NCBI GenBank assembly: GCA_051294375.1
Contig: CM119266.1
Location: 8,146,606 to 8,210,605 of the forward strand
Length of the DNA stretch: 64,000 nucleotides
Reading direction: 5' to 3'
Source of the DNA: Paraspadella gotoi
Taxonomy: Eukaryota; Animalia; Chaetognatha
In this document: positions 25,178-46,010 of the stretch, one piece after another
How the letters are laid out: every line of letters starts with the position of its first letter
Numbering within the stretch: the stretch's first letter is position 1
Position numbers and translations under genes: made by a program
The notes under the pieces: generated by a model
The model's input: only the letters and a program-made list of their open reading frames with translations
What the model was told of the DNA's origin: nothing
Databases searched by the model: none

Positions 25178-25789
25178 CCTCGCCTCGCAAATTCCGTTTT
25201 TACAGCGATATTTTATTTTCCTTTTTAATTTTACTCTTAAAATCTTTCGACGCCAGAAAAATAATATGAGTTGATTTTTTTCGATAAAAACAGCGACAAC
25301 GATTTTTCTTTTCTAAATTTTTTTTTTATCGCTAATTTCGAGACAAAAAAATTCTTACGCTTAAGTTTCTAGGTTCATTTTTATTGCTCCGGCTCTCGGC
25401 TATGATAAATTTGTATTAATATCTACATTCAAATACGTTATAATAATCAATCTTGAGTACAGTCGCTAAGATATTTTAAGACGGTAATATTTAAAAAATA
25501 TTTTCTCCTTGATTTTGTTTCTACGATCTCTTAATAAATATTGCGCAAAACTTTTTTTAAACATTTTCAAGAAGATCATATCGACTCATTCTCAGCATCA
25601 TATTTTCAATATTATTTCAAATTTTAAGTTTATTAAATCGTTGGAATTGAATTTTATAAAAGAAACCAAATTTTGTATCAAAACTCGACCTCCAAATTTT
25701 TTTAAATCTTTTTTTTTTAGAATATTTGTTCTTCAAATCCAAGAAGACAGAAATTCGGTCTTTTTTTTACTTCACCAGAATAGATCTTC

Positions 25790-25866
<77 letters not shown>

Positions 25867-26024
25867 AGAAGAGAGAGAGGATAGAAAATTGAAAAGGACG
25901 TGAGAGTATCAGACAAACATAAATAAAACATTAAATGATGGATAATTTTATTGGTTGTACAATTTCATAGAAACAAACATAAATTCAGTCACAGTCAGAC
26001 AGTCAGACCCCAGTGTGTGTTTGA

Positions 26025-26115
<91 letters not shown>

Positions 26116-27075
26116 GGGCATAAAATCGGTCTGGTTGTTGCCGTCTGGCTTCGAGTGAAAAAAAACTGGGAAGGAAAAAAATTTAAAAAAAACCCCGAAA
26201 TATCCAAATACTAAATTATATATATAATTTTATTATAGAGAGCGAGAAAGCGAGAAAGCGAGAAATAAAATAAAAATAATAAGAGGGATAGCGATGAGAT
26301 GCAGAAAAAAGAGAAAGTAAGAGAGAGAGAGAGAGAGAGAGCGGTAGCGGGAGAGAGTCGATTCTCCGATGAAGTCAGTCTGACCTTCTGGGCCTCGAAA
26401 GAAATGTGTGGGTAAACGATCAGAACGTGCGTGCCTGCTTTTTTTTATGTGTGTGCGTGCCTGCTTTTTAGTGTGCGTGCCTGCTCTTTTTCTGTGCGTG
26501 CCTGCCTTTTTGTGCGTGTGCATGCTTTTTTTCTATGTGTGTGGCTGCTTTTATTCTTTCCGTATGTCCGATATTTATAGCTGCGTGTGTTTTACCAGCG
26601 TACGTGCCTACTTAATACGAAAATGTGTATTTATAGCTACGTGGATGATCCCCGTCCCCGGATTAAGATTTAGTTTTTTTTCCCCTCGAATTAATTCATT
26701 TAAGCGAAGATAAATCTTATTAACCGTCGACTGTTTTGAAAAATGATGCGTCACCTGTTGAGAAATGATTTGTTAATGAGTGCGATCCCTTATTCTGATC
26801 CTCTTTGTGAGAAAGTAATTTTTTATTGACGAGATTATTCAATTCATTGATTAACTGTGGCTTTTAAATTTTAATATTTAAGTTTATGATTGAATGCGAA
26901 AGATTGATACATAATAATTAAAAATGATTTTAATGCATCACTGACGAAGACAAGATTGAATAAATGAATGACCTTTGGAAAAAGCGATGACGATTCTTGT
27001 CCGTCCCTAAAGTGAAGCCGTACAGCGCACTGTTCACTGTTCACTGAACTGTGTTCACTGTATTCAAGCGGCGGA

Positions 27076-27530
27076 GTGAAGGCTGCCCCGACACACTTGG
27101 CGAACTGTCATGTGAAAGCCGCTGATATACTACACGATGGCGGTTAAAAGCATTTCCGACACAACTGGTGCCGGTGACACACTAGACGAGTGCTGTTGCT
27201 GTTGCTGTTGCCCTCACATCTGTAGAGCAGACTTTTGAATACCGCCAACATACTGCAATAGTAACAGGTTGAGTTACTTGTATTATTGCTAGAACATCTG
27301 GCTCGTGGTTATGTGAATACCTTCAACACAGCATGAGTAGCGGCGTGAATGTTGCTCTCACACCTGTCATCTGTTTAGCAGTCGTGTGAATGTCGCCGAC
27401 ACACTTTACGAAAAACAACCGAGTATTGCCGACACACTTCACCAGGCGCGGGGGTTAATATCACCGACACAGATTGCGAGTGGAGAAGTGAATATCACCG
27501 ACTTTCGGGAAGAGTGAATCTCTCGAGAGG
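27076..27530 (+). repeat. Degenerate array of ~12 copies of an ~19-bp motif (GTGAATRTYGCCGACACAC) with variable spacers
   Basis: Motif copies at about 27076, 27112, 27143, 27235, 27313, 27345, 27386, 27421, 27454, 27488 and 27514, plus weaker copies. Confidence 0.7.
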
Positions 27531-28204
27531 CGAGTCTATCCAAACTTGAATTTGGGGGCAACAACCTTTCCTTGCCGAGTTTTTTTTTCCTTCTCTTTTT
27601 TTTTTTTTCCTTCTCTTTTTTTTTTGGGGAAAGAGAATATTTGGTTTGAATTTAAGGCAAAATGTTAACAACAACGACGTCGACGTCGACGACGACGACG
27701 ACGATGAGTATAACGAAATCCGAATCCTTTGAAATTTAACTCCACTCGTTTTATTATTTTCTTTTTCTTTTCTTTTCTTTCCTTTTTTCTCTTATTTCTT
27801 TTCTCTTTTTTTCTTTTCCTTTTCTTTTTTCATTGTTTTCTACTTTTTTTTTTTACTTTTCTTTTACTCTTTTTTTATTTATATTTTTTCTGATTATATT
27901 TTAATTATTTTCCTTTTTTATTTTTTCTTACTTTCTTCTTTTTTTCTTTTTTTTGTGGTTTCACTTTTATTCTCTCTATAATATTTTTTTTTTCTCGCTC
28001 CCACTCCCTCTCTCTCTCTCTGCTATCTCTCTCTCTCTCTCCTCTCTCTCTCGTCTCTGCTCTCTCTCTCTCTCGCTCTCTCATTTTTATATAATCGTTT
28101 CCACGATTCTGCGTCTCATGATTTTTCTTTTCATCGAAGTTGAAAACCGTGAAAATCTATCAAAAAGATTTTTTTTCGCCGACGGCAGAGAAAAGAAAAC
28201 TTTT

Positions 28205-28875
28205 GTCTCAATCTGTCTCTTCCGCTGTCTGGATGTTCATTGATTTTTCTCTTCTGCCCCCTGGTTGTCCATTCATTTGTCTCTTCCACTGTCTAGATGT
28301 CCATTCATTTTCTCTTCTGCTCTCTGGTTGTCCATTCATTTGTTTCTTCCTCTGTCTGGATGTCCATTCACTTGTCTCTTCTGCTATCTGGTTGTCGATT
28401 CGTTTGTCTCTTCCGCTGTCTGGATGTCCTTTCATTTGTCTCTTCTGCTCTCTGGTTGTCCATTCATTTGTTTCTTCTTCTCTTTGGTTGTCCATTCCTT
28501 TGTCTCTTCCGTTGTCTGGATGTCCATACATTTATCTTTACCGCTGTCTGTTTATCCATTTCTTGTTTTTTCCGCTGTTCAGATGTTCGTTTGTCTGTCC
28601 CCCAGTGTGGATGTCCATTCTTTTGCCTTCTCTGCTATTGGGATGTCCGTTGATTTGTCTCTCCCCAGTCTGGATGTGTATTTGTTTGTCTTTCCTACCA
28701 TCTGAATATTTCTTCTGCTGTATGGATGTACGGTCGCTTGTCTATTCCGCTGACTATGTAGATGTTTTTCCATTTGTCTCTTTGGCTCTCTGGATGTCCA
28801 TTTGTTTGTCTTTTCTGTTGTCTGGATGTCCGCTCATTTGTCTCTTACTCTTTCTGGATGTCCGTTTTGTCTGAT
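28205..28875 (+). repeat. Degenerate ~35-bp minisatellite
   Basis: Recurring TCTGGATGTCCATTCATTTGTCTCTTCCGCTG-like unit, which explains the overlapping repetitive ORFs. Confidence 0.9.
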
Positions 28876-29314
28876 CTCGAGTTTGTTCTCTTTCTGTCGA
28901 GCTTTCAACAGAGTTTTGAAGACCAATTGAAGGGACATATTACCTTGTTTTGATTTGACAGAAATACACACAAGAATTTCGTCAAAATCGCGACGTAAGC
29001 AATTTAACTTTCGACGTTCAATCGACGTATAGGAGGGCGGTTATGACGTCAATGACGTGACGTCGCTGATTCTTGACTACGAAATTCCAAAGTGGAAAAT
29101 GGAGATGAGAATACAAATATAAACTTCAAAGAAAAAAGTTTTTACTCAATATGCGTTCCAAATACTGAAATTTATATAATCGGTTGTACTAATTTAATAC
29201 AGAACTGGTAAATGATGAAAATAGTATTCGACTGCGTTGTTAAAATATATAAAAAAAGTGCTTTGTATTATTCTTATTGCTTCTTATTTCCAACGCAAGA
29301 AAAATCATTCTCGC

Positions 29315-29419
<105 letters not shown>

Positions 29420-29420
29420 G

Positions 29421-29530
29421 AAATGCTCAACTCAATGCTCAACTGCGTATACTATCTTCTGCTCAACTCACTGCTCCACTCAACGCCCAACTCACAGCAC
29501 AGCTGAATGCTCAACTCAATGCTCAACTAA
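29421..29530 (+). repeat. 12-bp tandem repeat (AATGCTCAACTC) following a long (CT)n tract
   Basis: Visible directly; translates as NAQL repeats. Confidence 0.8.
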
Positions 29531-30515
29531 AATTCTCAAACGCTTCTTCCATTACAAACCGTGAAGAGGGAAAAGTCCAAGAACTCACGCAGCTGCTCCG
29601 AATGCTGCTGCCGCTGCGTCTGAGAACTGCAGCTGCTGCCAGACCCCTTCTGCTGCTGCGTTCGCTGCTTCGGGGCAAAGTCTTCATTTAATGGCCTGGG
29701 AGAGGAGGAGGAGGAGGAGGAGGAGGAGGAGGAGGAGGAAGAAGAGGTCTTTGGCTTCACGTTGTCATTGTCGTTATTGGTCGTCATGTCTCCGCTGTTT
29801 TGTTTTTTTTCTTCGTTGTTTCGTTGTCACTATTTTGATTTAACTACTAAATATAACTAATTTCGTAAGCTTAACATTAACATTAAAATTAATAAATATA
29901 ATTAATTTTGTAAGCTTAACATTAATTTTTCAAAATCATTCCGTCTTCTTCTTCGTCGACTTTGTTCTCTTTTTGTCATTTTATTTTCTTGTCAAAGTGT
30001 GACTCTACATGGTGACAATTTTACAAGCGCCGGTAGAAATACGCTGTCATTTGCAAACCAGTGGTTATTTCATGGATTTTAAAAATTAGTTGATTAGAAC
30101 ATATTAAAGTCATTTATGTGTTCAAATTTTATATTAATCAGTTAAGATATGCCTTAGCAATGAGTGGAGAAAGTTGGCTTGTAAAATCGGGTTTCATTTT
30201 CCAACTCACTGTTTTTAAATTCTTTTTTTTTTCAACTTAGAGATTTATGAGATTATTTCACTGACTATGATATACATACTAAATACTTAAATAATTAAAT
30301 ATGTCCCTATATGTGATTATAAAACAGTAATTCAAAATTTAATTGAAATTAATAAATAATTCTAATCATGTTCGATATTTCACAATGAGTAAGATGTAAG
30401 TTATGTCGTCGTTTTTTTCTATTTTTTGCTTTATTATTCTTTCTTCACTATTTTCCTCGAGTTACGCCTCAATTTTTATTCAATTTTAAAAAATTAACTA
30501 AGCCAAATCCGGCGT

Positions 30516-30553
<38 letters not shown>

Positions 30554-30965
30554 NNNNNNNNNNNNNNNNNNNNNNNNNNNNNNNNNNNNNNNNNNNNNNN
30601 NNNNNNNNNNNNNNNNNNNNNNNNNNNNNNNNNNNNNNNNNNNNNNNNNNNNNNNNNNNNNNNNNNNNNNNNNNNNNNNNNNNNNNNNNNNNNNNNNNNN
30701 NNNNNNNNNNNNNNNNNNNNNNNNNNNNNNNNNNNNNNNNNNNNNNNNNNNNNNNNNNNNNNNNNNNNNNNNNNNNNNNNNNNNNNNNNNNNNNNNNNNN
30801 NNNNNNNNNNNNNNNNNNNNNNNNNNNNNNNNNNNNNNNNNNNNNNNNNNNNNNNNNNNNNNNNNNNNNNNNNNNNNNNNNNNNNNNNNNNNNNNNNNNN
30901 NNNNNNNNNNNNNNNNNNNNNNNNNNNNNNNNNNNNNNNNNNNNNNNNNNNNNNNNNNNNNNNNN
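30554..30965. other. Assembly gap (N run); further gaps at 5364-5388 and 34941-34950
   Basis: N characters in the sequence. Confidence 1.
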
Positions 30966-33227
30966 AACTCGACAATTCTCATTGATCTTCTATTGATTAA
31001 CCTGATCGGTCCTGATCCTTCCTCAAGGTCAAAGCGACCCTTTTCAAGGTCGTTTCCGGCCGCGGCTTTCCCGCAGCCCGGTCGCAGCCCGGTCGCAGCC
31101 CGGTCGCTGCCCGTCCGTCGCCCTCTTTTGCCCTTTAAAATTTTTAGCCAAATAACAAAAGGATTTTTTTAAACTTTTTTTTTTTGCAGGAAAAGAGCGA
31201 AAAACAAAATGACCTCAAAAGCGGAAAATTGACCAACGAAAGAAGAAGAAAAATAAACTGATCCTTTTTTTTGGTGTGTCTATTCTTTCACTCCCTCTGT
31301 TTCTCACTAAAATCTCTCTCTCCCTTCCCACTCTCTTTCTCTCTCTCCCTCTCTCCCTCTCGCTGATTGACGTCAAACGCCGGCAACAACACGTGCTCCT
31401 CGGAGAAAAGGTCTAACGTCAGCCCGAAAATAACGTCGCGCCTCAGACGACGCTAAAATACGAATAACGTCAAACAATCGATGTTGGGGCGACACGTTCG
31501 TCGATCTCAGCGTCACGGTCAACGACGACGCTAATTATCGTCGCCGCCATCGTCGTTGCCATCGTCGTTGCCATCGTCTTCGTCGGAAGTCTCGTCTTCC
31601 TCGAATCCGCAGACAAAACTTCAGTCGAGACGAACTTCGCCTTTGCCCGATCGTCGTCGCCGTCGTCGTCGTCGTCGCCGCCAACGTCGCTAATTCGGTG
31701 AGAAGACAAAACATTCGATTTTGTCCGTCTCGTTCGTCCGTCTTTATTCGTACGCTTCCGATTTTTGTCCGTGCCTTCCCGTGTCAGTCTGTAATTATCT
31801 TTTTTTAACAACATTTTGAAGTTTTTAAATTAACTGGTGAAATTCGTTAATTTTACTTTTGGCTTGAATTAGAATTTATTATTTAGATCCTTTTCTTCAA
31901 TGCGTTTAAAATTGGACTAAATGAGTTAGTTTTGAATTATTTTTACCACAGTTTTTATTTTAATATGAAAAAGGTCTATTTTTGAGAGCCTTCATCAATG
32001 TTTTGCGCTTGTCAAAGCTCAGAGAAAAAGTACCAAATCGTGTTTATGTTCATTACTTTTTCGTTTTCGTAAATTCAAAACTTTGCCTTATTTAGTAGAA
32101 TTTTACTTTTTAAAATGTATTTTATTTTCAGGCGACGAGTCACGCGGACGAGCGATTGGATTCAGCAGCTGAAGGTCAGTGGCCGAAAACATTCCGCCGC
32201 TGCTGTTGCCTCTGCTGCTGCTGCTTCTAATTTTTTTGCCGCAACTACATCATATCCCGGAATAGAGACTGCAGCAACGCTACATCCGTTTTTGTGGCAA
32301 CTCTCTAAGACGATTCGAGTAAAAACTTGAATCCCTCTGAGGCTACGAACTGGTCTGCGGTAGGCTTTTGCTGCGGTCAATTTGCTACAGCGCACGACGT
32401 TTTCGCCGGCCGATTCCTCTTTGCTCAAAAGTTGCTGCAAATGTTTTCAAGGTAGGTACATTCATTATTCATCAAAAAAAATTATTTGAATGACTGTCAA
32501 ATGTCGACTCTCTTGAGTTTGGTGCGTTTTTAATCTTGTCGGCTTTGCGACGGAATTTGGTTTTCACTTCCTCGGTATTTTTTATGTATTCCGTCGGTAT
32601 TTTGTCGGCATTTTGTCGGCCGTCTTGCGCTGATATCGAATCCACATTCAACATTACGTTGAAACGTTTTCGGTCGATACCGCATCGTCTCTTTGTCTGT
32701 CCATCGTCGGCTTCCGGCGGCGGAAAATTAACATTAGTTAATAAATTTTGTAAAAATATTAATCGATAGTCGAACAGCCAAAACTTTATTCGAGTCAAAA
32801 TCAACTTATTACCAAAAAAAAATCTGATTATGCGGATATCCGACTTCACTTCTCCTCGCTACGATCCTCTACTACTTCTCTTTGCTTCTCTGCTCTCTTC
32901 CTCTAACCGAACACATTGGACCCAACTCTGCCCGACAAAAAGAGAAAAGTCATGCCCTCTTACTTTATTCTCTTCTTCCTTCTCGTTTTGACCGATTGTT
33001 GCTGTTGCTGTTTCGCTGGTTGCGGCATTCATTAAAGTTAAAGTTGCTGTTGGACTGTTAATCATTAATCAACTGTCTTATATTTCGCCGACGCGTTAGT
33101 CTATTTGCGGCACAGCAAGTGTTTCGTTTTCTTTTGGACGCCGAAGAAAAATTGATTCGATTTTAATTCTTTGATAGTTTGACTGAAATGGCATGCGATA
33201 AGGGAGTGGTCTTTTCATACAATTGAA

Positions 33228-33414
33228 ACACTCTGGGAGTGAATAAACGAGACTGTGAGAGAGTCTTGATTGAAAACTTGCAGGGACCTGCTATGTCATT
33301 ATCTTGTAAGAGTGATGGAGGCCTTAAACCACCAAAGCATGTCCAAAGTCAGGGGTAAGATAGCTAATTTATTAAATGAATGGATAATTTTTATATTGGT
33401 TGTACCAATTTCAT
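33228..33414 (+). mobile_element. ~190-bp dispersed repeat family, longest + copy
   Basis: An inverted copy lies at ~41099-41283. Partial copies with the 3' portion (..GAATGGATAATTTTTATATTGGTTGTACCAATTTCATA) lie at ~17395-17461, ~25930-25968, ~42144-42250 and ~57410-57486. Confidence 0.85.
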
Positions 33415-33804
33415 ATATATAATATATGTATATATAATATATAATATATAAATTACTCTCGATTCCATCTGCGATGCTAGCGTCTACATATTTTGTTTCA
33501 AAAAAATTGAGAAAATTGATTGACAAAAAATTTTCAATTGAAATTATCTGGAACTCTATTTTTAAATTGATATCTATTAATTTTTTTTACACTAATATTA
33601 ATTCCTTAAAGCGTAGTCTACTTTCATACAATTTGGTTAATCCTGGTTACGTTAGCAAATATTCTATTTGTCCGCCTTAGTTTTTCCCGTTACTCTTCCG
33701 GTTTACTGTTTCGCTCCTCTTGTTCCGAAAACTGACTCTTGCTTCCGAAAAAAATAAAAATAAAACAAACAAACAAAAACCAACGAAAAAACAAAAGGGA
33801 AGTC

Positions 33805-34723
33805 ATGACCTCACTCTTCTTCTTCTTCTTCCTCCTCCTCCTCTTGCCCGACTTACAGCCCGTCTCTTCCTACGTGGAGAAGGGGTCAGAAAATTCCAAC
33901 GATTGTAAGACGGGCAGGTTTTGCCAGGAGAACGTCCACAGGGGAGACACCAGAGCCTTCAGTTCCGAGGGCTGCTGCAAAATTCCATGTAAGGAATGAA
34001 CGTGCGGAGGTTGGTCCGGTGGAATTTTACTTATATATATAATTAGTTTATTAGCAATCTGTTTAATTAATTATTCATTATCAATTTTAAGCCGAATATT
34101 ATGTCTACCATAACGGTTTAAATAACTTCAAACTTCTGCCTGGCCAATGGCCAGTGGCCATTGTTAAGCTTTCGGCTTAATTTTATTTTATTTTATTTAT
34201 ATTGGTTGTACCAACGTCAAAATAGAAAAGAAAACTGGAATAAATCTGGGCGAAATGAAACCAGTGTGGCGGTATATTCACACCGCCTCACATTGGCTCA
34301 AAGGGGGAACGCACCATCCCAGGCGTTCCATCCACAGTCCTTACGACTTCCCTTGACTCGACTTGAAAGGCATTCGTCCAACGAGGGACTACCTCACTCT
34401 CAAAGCAGACTTCCCTCTGCGTTGGCAAAGCGAGACCGTCCTAGGGTAACCGCGCCAGTGACTGGAGGCGTCACTGAGGGTCGGAAGCCCCCAAAGCCAA
34501 TAGTGAGATGCCCCATCCCAATGGGCATCACAGGCAACCTCGTTTCCGTTTCCCTACAGCTCGCGAAGCGGCCTTTTGCGCTGAGAGATGCGCAGATTGC
34601 GAATCGCCACATCTCAATGGGAAATGCGACAGGACTTCCGGTTCTGAAAGACGAGGGATCTCGGCGAAGCCGATCGTCGTCGCCCTCTTCGTCATCGCCG
34701 TCGCGGGAGTTCGATTTCGTTGA
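33805..34723 (+). CDS. Small secreted, probably GPI-anchored cysteine-rich protein (115 aa, 8 Cys), family not recognised
   Basis: Exons 33805-33988 and 34560-34723 are joined by a phase-1 GT-AG intron. Product: signal peptide MTSLFFFFFLLLLLPDLQPVSS, Cys core (DCKTGRFC..EGCCKIPSREAAFCAERCADCESPHLNGKCD), then RTSGS and hydrophobic tail PIVVALFVIAVAGVRFR. Differences from the paralogue at ~36997 include many synonymous changes in this frame. Confidence 0.8.
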
Positions 34724-35260
34724 AGGATGCGTTGAGGATGGCGGTGGGAGTGGCGGCGTGATGGTAGCGTCGACGTAACGGCGGGCGGCGTTATTTTGTG
34801 TTTTTGTTGCGGCACTGACTGTGAACGTCGTCAATAGCAACGTGACACTACTGATTTAGTTTCATTACATTTTATAAAAAAATGTTTTTTTCTGCGTTCA
34901 ACATTAAGTAGGAAGCCGCTATAGAAAAAGAAGCCAGTGANNNNNNNNNNAAGATTCATTAGAAATATTTTTATTAGACATTAGTTTTCTCTGGTGTCGA
35001 CGTATCAACGTATCGAGGATTTTTAATGATAATAAGTCAACGGTTAAAACACTTCTGCATATTTAGCTCAGGGATGTCACATGTGTTCGAAAAACAACCG
35101 TTATCTATCTAAATATAAATCTAACTACCTTCATCATTCTTTTGGACTAAAATATCATTTGATAATATGATTATATATTGTCATTTTAACCTTTTATGCA
35201 CGGCGATACTTTTGAGAAAGAAAGATGATGTTTCCCTTCCTTTCTCTTCCTCCGCATGCT

Positions 35261-36243
35261 TAGGAGTCTACGTCGTTCTTAGAGATCGTGGAAGACTTTT
35301 TCAATGGAGATTTTCGTTCAAATCTGACTACCAAACAATATAAACGCTCCTGGTAAAAATTCTGGTAAAATATCGATGTAAAAACACTTGATTCCGATCC
35401 TGTTGCATCTGAAGGGCTCGCATTTTTTTTCTCTTGTCAAATCATCAACATCTTGATATCAAACAAGCCAGAACAAATAGACTGCTTCTGGACGGAAAAA
35501 TTTTCTATCTCTGATTTTATAAATAAATGAAAGGGATTTTTTTTCTTGAAAACGATATAAACGTGACTGAGGTATGTTCCTGTTGAACAAATGACGTCCA
35601 ATTTTGGAATCCTTTGGCAAAGAGTCTGAAGGGCTCTCAAAATTTTTCTTTACATTTTATTTTGGTTATTTTGATATGATTCAATCATGGGAAGTGAATT
35701 AGTCCATTTTGGTGAAATTTTTATTTAAAGTAAAAGTAAAAGAGGAGCTAACTAGGAGTCTTCGTCGTTCTTAGAAATCGAGGAAGACTTTTTCAATGGA
35801 GATTTTCGTTAAAATCTGACACCAAATAATGTCAACGCCCCTGGGAAAAATTCAGGTAAAAAATAGATGTAAAAACACTCGATTCCGATCCTGTTGCATC
35901 TGAAGAGCTCGCATTTTTTTTTCTCTTGACAAATAACCATCATTTTGACATCAAACCATCAGATTCAAAATGGACTGGTCCGCTCGGAAAATATTTTCGA
36001 TGCAATTTTTTATATATAAAATAAAGGGATTTCTCAACTTCAATACAATGTCAACGCATTTAACATATGTTGTGATTTTACAATAAACTTCAAATTCAGG
36101 AATCCAATAGCATATGTCTGAAGGGCTCTCAAATTTTTCTTTACATTTTATTTGGTTATTTTGATATGATACGATCATGGGAAAGTGCATTAGTCCATTT
36201 TGGTGAAATTTTTATTTAAAGTAAAAGTAAAAGAGCAGCTAAC
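35261..36243 (+). repeat. Tandem duplication of ~490-bp units (35261-35752, 35753-36243)
   Basis: Both units start TAGGAGTCT.CGTCGTTCTTAGA.ATCG and end AAAGTAAAAGTAAAAGAG.AGCTAAC; the central parts are more diverged. Confidence 0.9.
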
Positions 36244-36439
36244 GATCGGAATTCTAAGAGTTTTCAACCGGGAGTCAGATTCAGTAAAAATCTTCTATGG
36301 CGAAAATCTTCCAAGAAAGGGGTGGATTTTCCAAAGATTTTGGTTGATATTTTCTATATTTATGGTAGGATTTTTTTGAAACTTAATATTAACAATATTG
36401 CCATCATTCTACCTTGGCCGGTATAAGAATATATTAAAA

Positions 36440-37187
36440 AAACTCTCTGGCTTTGTTCGTCAGAGCTTAGTCCTAGCATGCTCCTCCCACGAGCCTTTTG
36501 GACAACAGCGGGAGTCGAAGGACGGGCGAGTTTGTCCTTCCCAGGAGTTTGAAATAAGTGAACTTTTAAATCATTAATTAAATAAGTTTGGCATAATTTT
36601 ACTTTCGCCGACCGGGGTAAGGGGTAGTTTAGGGTTAAGGGTGGTTACTGGTTAGGGTTAGAAAGGTTAAGGGTTAGGGTAATTAGGTAATAAATTTTTA
36701 AATATTTTTTAAAAAATAAATAATTATATGTGGTTTTTCAAAAGACGCTCCAAACCCCGGTCGGCGAAAGTAAAATTAGTATCACATTTTATAGAATAAT
36801 TTATTATTTATATCTAATTAGTTTATACACTATTTGTTACATTATTTATTTATTGATCATCAAAGTTAAATATTTATACTATGACTACCATCTAAACACA
36901 CCAGCCTTACCAAGTTTCAAGGTTGAGAAAAACAATAACCAAATACTTTGGCAAAAAAATGTGACCATCCTCGGTTTTCGTTCTCCTGCTCGTCAGATAA
37001 AATTTTGCACGGAGAGACGTGCGAATATTGCCAATCAGAAGATCTCCATGGCAACTGCGACAAGACTTCTTCTGGCGCCGAAGGTCAAGGGATTTCCGCG
37101 AAGGCGATTGCTGTAGACCTCTTTGTCATCCCCACAGCGATTCACATCTTTGTCATTTCTCTTTTTCATTGCTGCTCGGTTGAATAA
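36440..37187 (+). pseudogene. Decayed paralogue of the 33805-34723 Cys-rich gene
   Basis: Exon-2 homologue at ~36997-37187 (ETCEYCQSEDLHGNCDKTSSGAEGQGISAKAIAVDLFVIP), with an apparent small indel near its 5' end. A weak exon-1 remnant at ~36500-36547 (AAGGACGGGCGAGTTTGT..CCAGGAG) is separated from it by a MITE. Confidence 0.6.
36594..36778. mobile_element. MITE with perfect 25-bp inverted termini and internal telomere-like TTAGGG repeats
   Basis: TAATTTTACTTTCGCCGACCGGGGT (36594-36618) and ACCCCGGTCGGCGAAAGTAAAATTA (36754-36778); the terminal TA is compatible with a TA target-site duplication. Confidence 0.85.
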
Positions 37188-37331
37188 AATTAAATTAAAT
37201 TTAATAAAATTGAATTAAATTGAATTAACCGTCACGAATGGATGTCTGTTGCCCTAAAGATGGTCGTTTTGGTTGGTACAGATTTTTCACACTACTGGCG
37301 ATTCTCTTTTACAGATGACGTCGGTGTTTCC

Positions 37332-46010
<8,679 letters not shown>

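Noticed and set aside
24441-26214. ERERER and SLSLSL ORFs here and elsewhere
   Set aside because: Translations of (GA)n/(CT)n microsatellites.
27076-27530. CRISPR array
   Set aside because: Eukaryotic context, degenerate repeats, short irregular spacers and no cas genes.
28140-28874. 244-aa Cys/Leu-rich ORF
   Set aside because: It is the translation of a ~35-bp minisatellite, open in several frames.
34161-34840. 205-aa (+) and 146-aa (-) ORFs
   Set aside because: Synonymous-substitution bias against the paralogue points to the Cys-rich frame (34560-34723) as the real one.
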